Shown here in pieces: positions 62,530-64,000 of a stretch of 64,000 nucleotides of DNA. The translations under genes were made by a program, and so were the position numbers. The notes below the pieces were generated by a model. The model did not search any database and was not told the origin of the DNA. It worked only from the letters and a program-made list of their open reading frames with translations. The stretch is from Veleropilina oligotropha (taxonomy: Eukaryota): assembly GCA_048128005.1 (NCBI GenBank), contig JBEUKZ010000054.1, forward strand, positions 1,178,001-1,242,000. The letters are read 5' to 3'. How positions within the stretch are numbered: position 1 is the first letter of the stretch; the number at the start of each line of letters is the position of its first letter.

Positions 62530-62950
62530 AGAGACTTAAATCGATTTTTTTAATTTGGTTTAGATACTACGTTGATTCAATTATTTCATTCCTCCATAAC
62601 ACGATTTAAAAAGAAGTGTTTTATAACATCTAGGCTTAATCTTTTGTGTAAAGCTTATATTTATGCCCTCTGGTGTAGTCTTGGTTCATCTGATAAACCT
62701 TAACTATTATCATCATTGTTGTCTTTTCATGTAGGCCTAAACATTTCGAATACCTGAATCATCACCTCATATCACCCCCAATGACAATGTTGTGAAGTGG
62801 GGTGCTGTAAGTTTATCCGCATATGGTAATTTTCTCAATTCATCTAAGGAGTTCCACAGCATGTTAGACAGCTTTTACAAGACATGAACCCTAAGCTTGC
62901 ACTGCATATTCTAAATGCGGTCTAAGCAAGTTCTGCTCTATATATAGGCG
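62530..62950 (-). mobile_element. heavily decayed CR1 LINE 3' fragment
   Basis: The minus strand gives LRPHLEYAVQA, LPYADKL, MIQVF and KHFFLNRV motifs across frameshifts. Confidence 0.6.
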
Positions 62951-64000
62951 TGTTCGGAAGGATTTGGATTTAAAAGTAAAGTTACGCTTTATTATTTTCA
63001 ATTTTTATTCCGTTTTTGCCAATGCAGGTCATGCAGGTTAGTACCACCAAAAAATGCATATGTTTGAATGAGACAAAAAATTTAGTGTCAAAATGCAGGA
63101 GGGGATCGAGTTTCACACCGTTTCACACAGTTGATAGTATATTTGATGAAACTTGGACCCCCTTTTCAAAATCCTGGATCAGCCCCTGACCACTGATCCC
63201 ATGGCGGTAAGACATCGCTAACACCACAACCCGTGTAATTGGTTATATCTAAGCGGTGCATTATTTTGACGCTCGCGATGGCACGTGCGCGTTGTCAAAT
63301 ATCGATCACCTGACAAACTTATCGTAACTGATCATATCGCCAAGTAAATGCGGCCATCTCCACTCGAGTTATATTTGTTTTTGCTGAGAGCTACCATTCA
63401 CTTGTCATCATATCAAACAGATAACTTGGCTGCAATTCTATATTAAATATTTATTGTTACTGCAAAATCAAAGTAAGAAATTTAAATAGCAATGATGAAA
63501 GTTGAGCGATTAGAGTATGCTCGAAGATATAATGGAATTGCCAGTAAACTTGTCTTTCCTTCTCTGACGTATAGAACAACAACTGTTGAAAGATCAATAT
63601 AAGTTGTCGAGTGACTTCGCGGTATAATAAACACGTTGCATTGAATACCGAATGACGGTGAATCACGAAGAGCTAGTTTAACGTTATAATTATTAAGGTA
63701 TTCAATGCATTGTGTTTATCAAAACGTTGCTGGACAACGTATTTTCTTGCCTTTGCAACGCTAATCTTACTAAACAAACTCATGACTTGGCTCATAACAC
63801 TGTCACGTTGTTATTTATAATCATAATCGTCATGTCTATGCATTGAAAATGGCAATATTCATTCACTAACAGACCACAGCTGCAGTAGCGCCTACTCAGG
63901 GTTGTTCAATGAGAACATTTTGATTGACAAACGACGTCACAACGAATATGACATCAGCTGTTGTATCAGCTTTCATTTGGGTGGGGTTTGTCATTAGTTA

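Noticed and set aside
51073..63188. A single 12-kb hAT-like element bounded by CAGGCGCAGATCCAGG and CCTGGATCAGCCCCTG
   Set aside because: The ends match imperfectly and the 8-bp flanks (GGCATATC and ACCACTGA) differ; they are more likely ends of two separate MITEs.

Overview
AT-rich animal genomic DNA; an invertebrate host, possibly a mollusc or annelid, is inferred from the repeat families but not proven. Almost the whole window is transposons and tandem repeats, with no complete host gene. Main content: (1) a nested complex at 2.6-13.0 kb, in which a non-autonomous Helitron-like shell holds a decayed Mag-type Gypsy LTR element (itself carrying a 143-bp hairpin MITE) and a 5'-truncated CR1/L2-group LINE with an intact 1096-aa PHD-APE-RT ORF2; (2) many mini/satellite arrays (13, 22, 24, 27, 27, 36, 50 bp, and a 9-kb 67-bp array); (3) a pseudogenised AA15 LPMO exon; (4) a 5.4-kb modular tandem array of a Helentron/DINE-1-like element; (5) a 3.4-kb foldback with IS3EU-type ends; (6) a defective, intron-containing AcademX transposon; (7) SINE, RTE, L2 and CR1 remnants. 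The most unusual observations concern rolling-circle-element termini apparently being amplified into tandem arrays, with an unamplified monomer of the 67-bp satellite still present about 12 kb away. Most short ORFs in the supplied track are repeat-translation artefacts. All family assignments come from motif recognition; no database searches were run.
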